Positions 30,721-40,196 of a stretch of DNA of 64,000 nucleotides are shown piece after piece. Both the position numbers and the translations under genes were made by a program. How positions within the stretch are numbered: the first letter of the stretch is position 1; each line of letters begins with the position of its first letter. Under the pieces are notes generated by a model. It saw only the letters and a list, made by a program, of their open reading frames with translations, was not told the DNA's origin and ran no database searches. This DNA is from an uncultured virus (IMG/VR IMGVR_UViG_3300020189_000007) (Duplodnaviria > Heunggongvirae > Uroviricota > Caudoviricetes): IMG/VR virus record IMGVR_UViG_3300020189_000007, one strand, 5' to 3'.

Positions 30721-33700
30721 TTATTCCTCGTCCATAAGTTCCATCAAGAGCTTGTATCTCTTGCCGTTCTTATTGTTTCGCAAAGTGAGAAAGTCTTCTT
30801 CCTCGATCACAGTCCAATCGCCACGTTCATTTTGCAGGTGTAAGTCGCCTGTATAGATGTTTGCCCACCTGTAATCATTGGACCCAAGATCGTAGGTGTT
30901 GTCTGCACCCGGGTAAAGACTCCCGGTGACTTCCATTCGTCCTGAATTTGTGGAGACAGCGACTGTTCCGCCTGAATCAGTGTTTTCAAGTTTCAACTTC
31001 TTGACTGAGTCTTGCGTGACGCCATAAACATATCTAGATGTATCCTCAAAATAGATTCTGTTGTTACCCGTAAACCAGACAGCTTGTCCGCCACTCGCGC
31101 CTGTCATCCTGAAAACTTCGCCGGCGCTGTTGTGAAATTCGAGCCGGTTGTCTGTCTTCATCTCTATCTTGACATTATCACCGCTACCCGGATACGCAAA
31201 TGCCATACTTCCTGTGAGAGCTAACAGGTGTTCATTACCTGCATTTGCACCTCTCACCTGAACTGGAATTCCTGATCCGTCCGTATCAATTACTGCACCA
31301 GCACCTGCCATGAGCCCGGAAAACGGTACCGGATAACCATAGCCAGGCGTATTATATGCAGTGTGGAGTGTCATATAGAATTGAGGATTGTCAGTGAATA
31401 TTGAACCAGATATGTGTACATCACCACCGAACACTGCTGTTCCTCTATCCAAGTTGCTGGCTGGTCGGTAGGATTTGACGGCAGAACCTATTGATCCACT
31501 AACGTAGAAATATGTATCTGAGTTACCGCCATTCACAGCGGTCGTATACTGATCATCTGAATCGAATGAGAACGAGCCAGTCGTCTTTATGTACGATGGT
31601 TCACCACCACTGATTGTAAAGACGTCAGTATTGTCAGTGACAGATAAGGAAGCCAGATCTCTAAGAGATTTAGATATACCTAAGTCACCATCAAGAAACA
31701 CTAAAGCGTCATCTCCGGTTCTTCTATTGATTTGTACAGTACTGTCTCTAAATCTGAGATATGGTTCATTTGAGCTCACGGATGCGAGTGTCAAGTTATC
31801 TGAAGAGATTGAACCAATAGCAACAGCGCCTTTAAAATCAGTGTTACCAGAGACAACCAAGTCACCTCCGACTAAGGTAACCCCTCTTGTGTTAGAGTTG
31901 GTTGTACCAACAGCTCCACTCAATAGTGTCCTTACGTCCCGATGTCGAAGCATGGTAAAGTCACGATCGACGTCTGCTTGGTTCCCACCGATAGATATGA
32001 ATCCTTCGAATCCGCTACCCGGTCCACCAGCATATTCTTGACTGGAGCTAAGAATTATAACTGCTCCACCGGCTTGCTCATCTGAAGACGCACTAAGAAC
32101 GATGCTTTGTGCCGGTATATTATTCAAGTAACTTCCCCCGCCGCCGTCGGCTGGTCTGTCTGCTATTATGTTAATATGAGTACCGGAAACGAAAAGCTGT
32201 GAACCATAGAACCATGTAGATCCAAGTCTCTCAGACCTCAATTTAGTTGTGGGAATACCAATCTGGAGATCAGTGTCATCATCAGCGGGAGTTGCTCCCG
32301 CAAGTTGACTCTGAACATTCCGTACCTGGAATGAACCGGCTGGAGCGTAGAAGCTTAAATCATTTCCATCAGAGGTAACCATCAATGGATTGTCACCGGC
32401 ATTGATTTGATTACCCGGGTCTAAGTTGATCTGATTTTTGAATGTTGTACCATAGCTAGGTCCTGGATTAAACAGAATACCGCCTCTACCTAGTCCGTTT
32501 CCTGTCGACGCTGTTAAGTGAGTTACGGTACCGAGAGCATTGTCAGAACCTGTTATTAGCAGGTAACCAACTCCGGGTGCAGTCGCTGGGATACTGACGC
32601 CAGCCATTTCTACCCTAACAGGTTCAGAATCGGATACATCAGTTATAGTTCCTTCAACGGTATCTTTTATACCAGCGCGCCACGTATCATTTGCGCTACC
32701 TCGCCCGAACACCAGAGATACATCATTTATACTAGAACCACTGGCAATTGCAATACCGCCATTTGTGTTATTTGAACCGCCTCCGCCAGCGCTAGCTAGC
32801 TCGATTAGGGCATCCTTAACTTGCAGGTTTACAGTATCTATCGTTGTCAACGTACCGTTAACGTCTAGATTTCCGCCGATGTAAACATCACTATCTATAA
32901 TAGCGTCCTCAAAAAAGCGGACTGTTCCGTTGTCTAAAACGCTGAACGAAACAACATCATCAGCACTAAGAACACTAGATCCAAAACTACTCCCACCGCC
33001 AGGGGAGAGGCCGTCAGCTAGCTTAAGGTTTCCGCTAATCGTGAGCTGAATCCTGTCTGAGACGTTGGGGTTGTTTTCTATAGTTGCTCTTAGCTTAGGG
33101 GGTCCAAATCCGCTGTCAGAAGTTCCTCTTGTCCAGAATTCAATCGCTGTGTTAAAATCTGGTACAGTACTCCAGGTTGATTTTGCTCGTGCACCTATGT
33201 AAGCTGCATCGGAACGACCTGAGCCTCCATTATTGGAGCCAAACTTGATTACTCCGAGTGGGTCCTCGCTTGAAATACCAGCGTTGATATTCGAAAGATT
33301 TAAAACGCCCTGCTTTCGATCACCATCAATGAAGAGCTCTGCGGCGCCATACCCTACTCCTGAACCGGTTATATACACTTCTCCCAATAAGGGCCCTGGC
33401 TTTCCTCCCACCCCTTGACCATATATAGTACCTGGAGTTCCACTATATTCTGAGAACCTCAAGACCGTGTCCCATTGAGAGTTCTTGATTTCGTTACCAG
33501 CTACTTGCAGCATACCGTATATTCCGGTATTTCCCGCTCCAGTGTGAACAAGAAAAACCGTACCATCAGACCCTGTAAGGGCGTCGTTTCCTATTTTAAG
33601 TCCTCTGGTAATGGTGACATCAGGATCTACGGCTCCGAAGCTCAGAGCATTACCAGCGGACCCGAGAATGTCATTTCCACCAACGGTTAGGTCACCACCA

Positions 33701-34350
33701 ATTGTGAAGTCCCCCGCCAGTGAGAAAGCAGACTCTGGAGACAGCTCAAAGTTACCAGAAATAAAGACATCACCATCGAAAAGAGCGAGACCACGATCAT
33801 CCGTTCCCTTAACTCCTCGTGAACCAGACACGTGGAAAAAGACGTCTGTGTTCGTTGACCCGTCGTCGGGATACGCGAACGCTCCGGCTACGCCGTCGAC
33901 GATCTTAAAAGATATGTTTCCAGCACCGTTGCTGCTTCCGTTATTACTGGTTGTGGGATCTGCGAGAAATAACGCTTTACCTGTAGTTGGATCCGTAGTG
34001 TATCCCTGTATGATCTTATTAGGTACCTTAAAGTCACCGACAACAGTATCTGACACTTCAATGACACTTCTTTCAGCCCAAAGAGTACCACTGACAACAA
34101 CATCTCCACCGAAAAGAACAGAAGAACCATCAGCTCTTGTAAGTCCTGGATTGGCAGCTCCGCTTACAAACATCCAAACGTCATCACCAACATTAGATAG
34201 TATGGCGGAATCAGTGACGTTACCTCTCCAGTCAGATGCTATGGAGGAGCTGTATATTAGCAAGCCGAGGTGGGGTTTTGTGCTAGCAATAGAGCCTGTG
34301 CCCACAATAGCTTTTATTCTAATTCTGTCTGCTCTAAAGTCTTTTGCCAT
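30721..34350 (-). CDS. Long tail fibre-like protein
   Basis: 1209 aa with repeats of type GGDVVVSG / GDLTVGG; C-terminal DLGS..RWANIYTGDLHL.NERGDWT..EE resembles marine phage fibre ends. Confidence 0.75.
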   Translation of the reverse strand: MAKDFRADRIRIKAIVGTGSIASTKPHLGLLIYSSSIASDWRGNVTDSAILSNVGDDVWMFVSGAANPGLTRADGSSVLFGGDVVVSGTLWAERSVIEVSDTVVGDFKVPNKIIQGYTTDPTTGKALFLADPTTSNNGSSNGAGNISFKIVDGVAGAFAYPDDGSTNTDVFFHVSGSRGVKGTDDRGLALFDGDVFISGNFELSPESAFSLAGDFTIGGDLTVGGNDILGSAGNALSFGAVDPDVTITRGLKIGNDALTGSDGTVFLVHTGAGNTGIYGMLQVAGNEIKNSQWDTVLRFSEYSGTPGTIYGQGVGGKPGPLLGEVYITGSGVGYGAAELFIDGDRKQGVLNLSNINAGISSEDPLGVIKFGSNNGGSGRSDAAYIGARAKSTWSTVPDFNTAIEFWTRGTSDSGFGPPKLRATIENNPNVSDRIQLTISGNLKLADGLSPGGGSSFGSSVLSADDVVSFSVLDNGTVRFFEDAIIDSDVYIGGNLDVNGTLTTIDTVNLQVKDALIELASAGGGGSNNTNGGIAIASGSSINDVSLVFGRGSANDTWRAGIKDTVEGTITDVSDSEPVRVEMAGVSIPATAPGVGYLLITGSDNALGTVTHLTASTGNGLGRGGILFNPGPSYGTTFKNQINLDPGNQINAGDNPLMVTSDGNDLSFYAPAGSFQVRNVQSQLAGATPADDDTDLQIGIPTTKLRSERLGSTWFYGSQLFVSGTHINIIADRPADGGGGSYLNNIPAQSIVLSASSDEQAGGAVIILSSSQEYAGGPGSGFEGFISIGGNQADVDRDFTMLRHRDVRTLLSGAVGTTNSNTRGVTLVGGDLVVSGNTDFKGAVAIGSISSDNLTLASVSSNEPYLRFRDSTVQINRRTGDDALVFLDGDLGISKSLRDLASLSVTDNTDVFTISGGEPSYIKTTGSFSFDSDDQYTTAVNGGNSDTYFYVSGSIGSAVKSYRPASNLDRGTAVFGGDVHISGSIFTDNPQFYMTLHTAYNTPGYGYPVPFSGLMAGAGAVIDTDGSGIPVQVRGANAGNEHLLALTGSMAFAYPGSGDNVKIEMKTDNRLEFHNSAGEVFRMTGASGGQAVWFTGNNRIYFEDTSRYVYGVTQDSVKKLKLENTDSGGTVAVSTNSGRMEVTGSLYPGADNTYDLGSNDYRWANIYTGDLHLQNERGDWTVIEEEDFLTLRNNKNGKRYKLLMELMDEE

Positions 34351-34379
34351 ATCTTAAAAGCTCCAATTGTCTTATATCT

Positions 34380-34739
34380 TCACGCATTCTCAGTAACTGT
34401 TGTCGTGCTTAGCGTCTTGTTTTTGACCCCAATAGCTTTCCACATAAAAGACATGGTTTCTATGCCACCGTCATCTACAAGATTTTCCCCAACACTTCTT
34501 CTTACATTGAATTTCCACTTGTCGTCAGAAGTATCAAATTCAAGTCTCGTGAATAAATGAATGTTGATGTTTGCATTATCATCTTCGTAGTCTGCGCCCA
34601 CTGCAGGCCTGTACGGAATTACAGTTATAACCGGAAAATAGTCTGACGGGAAATCTAACTCTACAGGATCCAGTAAGTCTTCCTGTCCTGCTGGTATGAC
34701 ACCGACTCCAGAAGCTATGTAGATGCTATCTCCTATCAT
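34380..34739 (-). CDS. Hypothetical protein (fibre-associated?)
   Basis: 119 aa; ATGA overlap with the upstream gene. Confidence 0.65.
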   Translation of the reverse strand: MIGDSIYIASGVGVIPAGQEDLLDPVELDFPSDYFPVITVIPYRPAVGADYEDDNANINIHLFTRLEFDTSDDKWKFNVRRSVGENLVDDGGIETMSFMWKAIGVKNKTLSTTTVTENA

Positions 34740-35086
34740 ACTTGCACCACCTGCACATGGACTTGTCCCGTGAATGGTGCACTAGCCTCTATAGTTACTG
34801 TAACTTCACGCCCTCCGCTGGAAGGTACACCCGATAAAACTATACCCGTTATGAAGAGATTTACGTTGTTTATATCGCCGTATGGTGTTAAAGTGACTGT
34901 TGGTATTTCGTTCTTATAGTATCCCTTGAAAGTTGCTGTCTTGGAATCTTCGTTATTAAAGTCGACCAATATACCATCTAGCACGACATGCCCATCCGCT
35001 TGAAGACCAGGCTTGGGCTCTTTGCGAAACCTCGGGTACGTCTTACGCCATCGGTTTCTGTCTATAGACTTTGTTCTAACAGCCAT
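34736..35086 (-). CDS. Hypothetical protein
   Basis: 116 aa; GAGGTG RBS and ATATTTA motif upstream. Confidence 0.7.
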   Translation of the reverse strand: MAVRTKSIDRNRWRKTYPRFRKEPKPGLQADGHVVLDGILVDFNNEDSKTATFKGYYKNEIPTVTLTPYGDINNVNLFITGIVLSGVPSSGGREVTVTIEASAPFTGQVHVQVVQV

Positions 35087-35103
35087 AATTTACACCTCTT
35101 GCT

Positions 35104-35110
35104 TAAATAT
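35104..35110 (-). promoter_or_regulatory. Putative late-promoter motif ATATTTA heading the fibre operon
   Basis: Recurrent heptamer 17 nt upstream of the ATG at 35086. Confidence 0.5.
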
Positions 35111-35124
35111 GTAGCAAGAAGCGT

Positions 35125-36444
35125 TTAAAGAATTTCTGAGGCAATTGAAGCTATATTGGAGCGCTGTCCCTTGGCGAGCTGAACATGCGCGTGTTCTTTT
35201 CTGTCCTTGAATTTATCGATAACGATTGACAATCCGTTGCTTAGCCTGTCGATGTACGGAGTGTCAATTTGATCTGTATCTCCAAGAAGAACGATTTTAG
35301 AATTCTTGCCAACACGGGTGATGATAGTCTTTAGCTCATGGATTGTGGCGTTTTGAGCCTCGTCGACTATTACATAGGCATCATTGAAAGTCCGACCGCG
35401 AATAAATGATAGAGGAGCAACTTCAAGCTCTCCCTTGTCCATCATGATATTGAAATACGTAAAGTCCTTATCACCCATCATGGTTCTAAAGTTATCCATA
35501 ATAGGAGCTAACCACGGTGCCATTTTTTCGTCGACGTCACCGGGTAAATAACCTAAATCGCGACCAACAGGTTGAATGGACCTACTGATTACGATTCTGT
35601 TGTACCTTCCCTCTTGTAATCCGTCAAGGCCAGCCATCAGCGCAACGTAAGTCTTTCCTGAACCAGCTAAGCCTGTCAGTGTTACCAGCTCTATGTCACT
35701 ATCTAACAATGCTTCTACGGCAAATCTCTGCTCTTTATTTTTTGATTGAAAATCAGACATTGCTTTTCCTGGCTCATGTCTAAGTTTAACAATCTGGTTT
35801 CCATCAAACATGCCTAAGCCAGATCCACCACTCTCAGCAGACTTAAGCACAACAAACTCATTAGGCATTAAGATGAGCGCCGGGTCGGTGAGTTTTACTT
35901 CTCCTTCAAGGAAAAACAGGTCAAGCTGTGACTTGGTAACCTCTATTTCTCTCCTCCCCGTAAAGGCAGCGCTGTCCTGCTCGATATGGTCCTTATAGTA
36001 GTCCTCTGAAGCTATCCCCAGTGCATCGCACTTAACTCGGAGGTTAATGTCTTTGGTAATTACGACAAGGGGCCTCTGATCGTCATTCTGAGCCTCGTTG
36101 AGACAAGTTGCTAGTATCTTGTTGTCGGGGCGGTCGGCCTTTAATCCGTTAGGTAGAGAATCAACTCTATCCTCAATCTTAATCATAACAGTTTGCGAGA
36201 CCGCGAATTCTTCTGGAACTTCTACTCCCACATCTAGTCTACCAAAATCTCGCATTTCATCTAGAAACCTGTTAACGTATCTGGCTGACTCTCCAATAAC
36301 TCCCGGCTTTTCCTTGAATTTATCAATCTCATCCATCACTTGGAGCGGCAAGATGACATCATTTCCGGGAAAAGAATGTATTGCTGTTTTGTCATATAAC
36401 AGAACGCTAGTATCTAATACGAACCTTTTTCTGACGTTACTCAA
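35125..36444 (-). CDS. phoH: PIN-domain PhoH-family ATPase
   Basis: VLDTSVLL (PIN), GLAGSGKT, LGYLPG, RGRTF, DEAQN, GDTDQID. Confidence 0.93.
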   Translation of the reverse strand: MSNVRKRFVLDTSVLLYDKTAIHSFPGNDVILPLQVMDEIDKFKEKPGVIGESARYVNRFLDEMRDFGRLDVGVEVPEEFAVSQTVMIKIEDRVDSLPNGLKADRPDNKILATCLNEAQNDDQRPLVVITKDINLRVKCDALGIASEDYYKDHIEQDSAAFTGRREIEVTKSQLDLFFLEGEVKLTDPALILMPNEFVVLKSAESGGSGLGMFDGNQIVKLRHEPGKAMSDFQSKNKEQRFAVEALLDSDIELVTLTGLAGSGKTYVALMAGLDGLQEGRYNRIVISRSIQPVGRDLGYLPGDVDEKMAPWLAPIMDNFRTMMGDKDFTYFNIMMDKGELEVAPLSFIRGRTFNDAYVIVDEAQNATIHELKTIITRVGKNSKIVLLGDTDQIDTPYIDRLSNGLSIVIDKFKDRKEHAHVQLAKGQRSNIASIASEIL

Positions 36445-36514
36445 AATAAACTCCTTGAAAAATCCGGTAGTTCCAACTTAAAATAATCAATAAACCTCAT
36501 GGAGGACTTCGTTA

Positions 36515-36829
36515 GTGGGTAAGAAAACAAATAAGAAAGAACCATCATTAATAAATTTAAGAGACAATGCTCAACCAATAAAAGGAGAGACATGTTTTTC
36601 TGCATGCAAAAACTTTGATGTAAGTTGTGTTGTTTCTGAATGCCGTTATTTCCAAGATATGGCTGGAAATTTTCAAAATTGTATCATCAACGCTTCTGAG
36701 CAAGGACCGCTTACTCTTCAAGAGGTTGGTGACATTTTTGATGTGACCAGGATGAGGATATGTCAAATAGAGAAAATAGCTAAACAAATCTTAAAAACCT
36801 CAATAGAGACAGTTGACAATCCTTGCTAG
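36515..36829 (+). CDS. Stand-alone sigma-70 region 4 HTH protein with Cys-rich N-terminus
   Basis: LTLQEVGDIFDVTRMRICQIEKIAKQIL; GGAGG RBS. Confidence 0.8.
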   Translation: MGKKTNKKEPSLINLRDNAQPIKGETCFSACKNFDVSCVVSECRYFQDMAGNFQNCIINASEQGPLTLQEVGDIFDVTRMRICQIEKIAKQILKTSIETVDNPC

Positions 36830-36849
36830 TATTAACTATCTTCGAACAC

Positions 36850-36877
36850 AAAAAAAGAGAGGCGATGCCTCTCTTTT
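36850..36877. terminator. Bidirectional intrinsic terminator
   Basis: AAAAGAGAGGC-GAT-GCCTCTCTTTT between convergent genes. Confidence 0.85.
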
Positions 36878-36902
36878 ATGTTGCCAAAATGACTTTAAAA
36901 AC

Positions 36903-37094
36903 TTAATCTTTCTGGGCTTCGAGAGTTAGCTTAACAAGATCTCCAGCTGCTGACTTAAGAGCCCGAAGACCCTTTCTAGCTCGCACACCGGCTGACTTAT
37001 TGCCATGAGCGTTTTTATGCACGTCAAGCTCAAGCTCTTCGACTAGAGTCTTAAGAGACTCCCAACTCTCTAAAATGCTAGTAGATTCACTCAT
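36903..37094 (-). CDS. Histone H1-like (Hc1 family) protein
   Basis: KNAHGNKSAGVRARKGLRALK matches the Hc1-type GNKAAG.RARK core. Confidence 0.8.
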   Translation of the reverse strand: MSESTSILESWESLKTLVEELELDVHKNAHGNKSAGVRARKGLRALKSAAGDLVKLTLEAQKD

Positions 37095-37371
37095 CTTCCA
37101 TTCCTCCTGGGTATATCAATTTTGTTTGTGAATTTTCACTATCAGAGCTTTCAGATTCTTCGGAAGGCTCTACTAGATTTCTAATGCCAATCATCAGAGA
37201 TCTATCTTCTAGCTCTAATGCTAGTAAACCAATAATCTTCTTCATTTGTGTTTGTGTCACACCAAACCTTAAAATCTCAGTAACAATTTCTCTAGATTTC
37301 TTAGTGTCGTTTAACCAATTGACATCTTCATTATGAAGCTTGTCATTATTCATATTCTTGTTAGCGTTCAT
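37087..37371 (-). CDS. Hypothetical protein
   Basis: 94 aa, overlaps both neighbours in the operon. Confidence 0.65.
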   Translation of the reverse strand: MNANKNMNNDKLHNEDVNWLNDTKKSREIVTEILRFGVTQTQMKKIIGLLALELEDRSLMIGIRNLVEPSEESESSDSENSQTKLIYPGGMEDE

Positions 37372-37847
37372 TTGCTATTACCAAAAAATTCTTCCCTAGA
37401 AAATGGCTCAACCTCAAACCGGTTATCACCTTTATACTTTAGGATTTTACCTGACCTTCTTGTATCGTTTAATTCGCTACCTAAAATTAACCATTCTCCG
37501 ACCTTATTTTCTTCGATCATAAACCTAACGTATTCGTAGTCTGGCAACTCTAGATTGTAAGATGATAATACATTTCGGACGCTCTCAGGTAAAAAAACTG
37601 CCACGTCTTCGAGAGACATTTCAGAAGCAGAACCTTCGGCACTGGTAATAATCTTGGACGTACATGCCTCTATAACTTCGTGCATGATACCACAATTATT
37701 ACAACTAGCTTTTTTTGGGATCATCACCCCATCTTCTCCCACAACAGAAAATACAACAAATGAGTGAGCCGGCGGATCACTGAGTCTTTTCATCGTTGGA
37801 AGTATGCATCTGCATTTTATAAGATGCTTGATCCCTTGCTTTTGCAC
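37368..37847 (-). CDS. Hypothetical protein, possible metal binder
   Basis: KCRC and CNNCG..H motifs. Confidence 0.65.
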   Translation of the reverse strand: MQKQGIKHLIKCRCILPTMKRLSDPPAHSFVVFSVVGEDGVMIPKKASCNNCGIMHEVIEACTSKIITSAEGSASEMSLEDVAVFLPESVRNVLSSYNLELPDYEYVRFMIEENKVGEWLILGSELNDTRRSGKILKYKGDNRFEVEPFSREEFFGNSK

Positions 37848-38128
37848 TAGAAGCCTCTATTACTCATCGTTCTGAATATAGAGTCTGCAAGGACGGGCTG
37901 AAGGACTGCTGAGATTCTTTCGGCCTGTTCTCTAGTTATTTGCTCTTGAGCAACCATCTCTGCAACTGCTCTGGAAACAGAGTCTTCACAGAGAGCTTTA
38001 CAGTCTAAGAATGCTTCTTTGACTTTTGACTTTTCAATAACAGGCACTGATGGTGCTGAATTTTTTCTTGGCATGAATATTCTCCTAAAAAAATCGATGC
38101 ATTTATCTTTTCTACTTAGCGTACGCAT
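37847..38128 (-). CDS. Hypothetical protein
   Basis: 93 aa in the operon; the true start may be the internal MPRKN. Confidence 0.55.
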   Translation of the reverse strand: MRTLSRKDKCIDFFRRIFMPRKNSAPSVPVIEKSKVKEAFLDCKALCEDSVSRAVAEMVAQEQITREQAERISAVLQPVLADSIFRTMSNRGF

Positions 38129-38588
38129 CTGCTAACCATGATGAGGCCCAAGAATCAGGCTTTACAATACACTGGTAACCTAGTGATTTTACCCATGCCG
38201 TCGCAGAAGTAAAAACTACATTAGATTTAAAGGCTTCATTAGGGTTGATATCTAAGTGAACATTAACATCACTTTGGGTATCACCTATAAGTCCCGCCAA
38301 AGAGATCGAGTATTCCGTCTCTTTCAAGAGTCTGATCTTCAAATTGTGGAACAGCTTTCTATCTTTCTTGATTCTAGCAAAAAAGTAGGTCCCGCCTTTT
38401 CCCTTTTCGTATAGCGCTACCACAACAGCAAAAATACATCGATTTCCTATGAAGTGTGAATCACATCCAACATGTAGTTCTTTTTTTCCTCTTGATAGCT
38501 CAACAGCACTTAGAACTTCGTTAAATTCAACCACGTCAGAACTTGCATTACACCAAGTAAGCTGTGTTAAATCAACATGCTTCATCAT
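38112..38588 (-). CDS. RNase H-like YkuK (DUF458) family protein
   Basis: HVGCDS, RLLKETEYS, VHLDIN, KPDSWASSWLAD. Confidence 0.85.
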   Translation of the reverse strand: MMKHVDLTQLTWCNASSDVVEFNEVLSAVELSRGKKELHVGCDSHFIGNRCIFAVVVALYEKGKGGTYFFARIKKDRKLFHNLKIRLLKETEYSISLAGLIGDTQSDVNVHLDINPNEAFKSNVVFTSATAWVKSLGYQCIVKPDSWASSWLADAYAK

Positions 38589-39828
38589 CTATCCTTAAGA
38601 TGGCCTTAATACTACTTAAGGATCTACGATCAGATTTTGCCATGTTGACTGCTTTAGCAGCATCATTAGCTGGTAGATATTTTACGAAATATTCGTCATT
38701 CATTTCTACTACATTCTGCTTAGCACATCTTGAAAAGTACGAGAACACTGCTCCTGCTCGATCCTCTAGCAGGCCTTTGCTCGTGTTAGAAAGTCTCGTG
38801 TAGATGACAGTATTTCTAGCAGACATTCTGCTTATTCTTTCTGAGAGTATACTTTTCACATCATCAACTTCTTCGTTTTCGTACTGGTCCTGTAGACTCA
38901 TTTTTGCTTTGTGGATTCGTAAACTGCCAACATCATCTAGTAAAAGTCTAAGCGTATCTTTGCTACTGTCATAATACACATCTATTCCCTTGTGCTCTTT
39001 CAAGTCGATGTTACTAAGTCTTAGTCCATTTGCTTTATCAACTGGAACTATACCCAAAGCTGTGCATATATCTTTTGCTTCATTTATCGTTTCTATTGAA
39101 TCTGGTAACACAAAAGGTATGATATGAGTCTTACCAGAGCTCCAGTTTACGTAGAGTGTATTTGAAACATCATCTGAAAACGCGCTGGACACTATGATAA
39201 TGTTGTCTTTGGTGTCGTATGCATATTCTAGGATATGATGTATTTCACTGACATCTATAATAGCCCCGTTTACAACAAGTACTTTACAGTCCTTTATTTC
39301 TCTGGAACCAACATAACCATGAAAAAACTCATTTAGAGATACTAGGGTTTTAAATCCCAAGTGGGTTTCTACAAAAGGAGATGCATCATCGTGGTGCTTA
39401 AGAGTTAAACTTCCTGATGAGCCTGATTGTAGAATTGCGTCATAGAGCGTAGATGAATTGGCTGTTATGAACTCATCATTAACTCTATTCATACCATTAA
39501 ACAACTCTAAAGAGCTAATTCTCTTTGGGACGCCAAACCCCTTATTACAACTAAAAAATTCTTCGAAGTATAAAGGTATTGCCCATGGGCATGTCTTGTT
39601 AAGGTTGTGCAAAGATGAGACAATCATCTTCTTTTGAGGAGAGTCGTTATCTTTATACTGCTCTAAAAACAAACGAAATGAATCAAGCCACCCTAATGAA
39701 TATAGGCCGCCTTCCGCAACAAGCGAATAACTCTTGCTATCTATAGATTCAACAAATGACTTGATATGATCTAGTAGATCAGAATTAATTCGATCAAGTG
39801 AGGTACCAGCAATAACTTTGTTTTTCAT
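38572..39828 (-). CDS. Divergent chaperonin (GroEL apical-domain-like) protein
   Basis: VLVVNGAIIDVSEIHHILE..IIIVSSAFSDDVSNTLYVN and ILSERISRMS parallel GroEL segments; no GDGTTT. Confidence 0.6.
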   Translation of the reverse strand: MKNKVIAGTSLDRINSDLLDHIKSFVESIDSKSYSLVAEGGLYSLGWLDSFRLFLEQYKDNDSPQKKMIVSSLHNLNKTCPWAIPLYFEEFFSCNKGFGVPKRISSLELFNGMNRVNDEFITANSSTLYDAILQSGSSGSLTLKHHDDASPFVETHLGFKTLVSLNEFFHGYVGSREIKDCKVLVVNGAIIDVSEIHHILEYAYDTKDNIIIVSSAFSDDVSNTLYVNWSSGKTHIIPFVLPDSIETINEAKDICTALGIVPVDKANGLRLSNIDLKEHKGIDVYYDSSKDTLRLLLDDVGSLRIHKAKMSLQDQYENEEVDDVKSILSERISRMSARNTVIYTRLSNTSKGLLEDRAGAVFSYFSRCAKQNVVEMNDEYFVKYLPANDAAKAVNMAKSDRRSLSSIKAILRIDDEAC

Positions 39829-39845
39829 AACGTACCCCTACATGT

Positions 39846-40124
39846 TCAGTGATACTTCTTATTGCTGTTCTTTTGGTTGATATCCGTCGTTACATTGTTA
39901 AATAGTTTTGATAGTGCGCTACCAAGCTCTTCTGCTTGTTCATTCAATACCTTTGTTGCGTTTTGTAGCTTTTCTTTTTCTTCTTTCTTTTCTTGAAAGC
40001 TGATTGCAAATCTACAAAATGCTATGAACAAGCTTAACGCTGCAATTGAAAGGCCCCACGTTAGACTGTGGTACGTTGTAACAGCCGCAAAAGCCAATAG
40101 TGTTTCAGCATAACCGATCTTCAT
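39846..40124 (-). CDS. Small membrane protein
   Basis: Two hydrophobic segments then a charged tail; GGGAG RBS. Confidence 0.7.
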   Translation of the reverse strand: MKIGYAETLLAFAAVTTYHSLTWGLSIAALSLFIAFCRFAISFQEKKEEKEKLQNATKVLNEQAEELGSALSKLFNNVTTDINQKNSNKKYH

Positions 40125-40196
40125 CTCATTACTCCCTTATGTCTAATGGATAATGATAATTGTAATCGAGACAGCAGTTAATTTTCAAGACTAGTA

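Noticed and set aside
33611..34357. 248-aa plus-strand ORF
   Set aside because: Antisense shadow of the tail-fibre gene; the S/P/T-rich translation mirrors Gly-rich codons.
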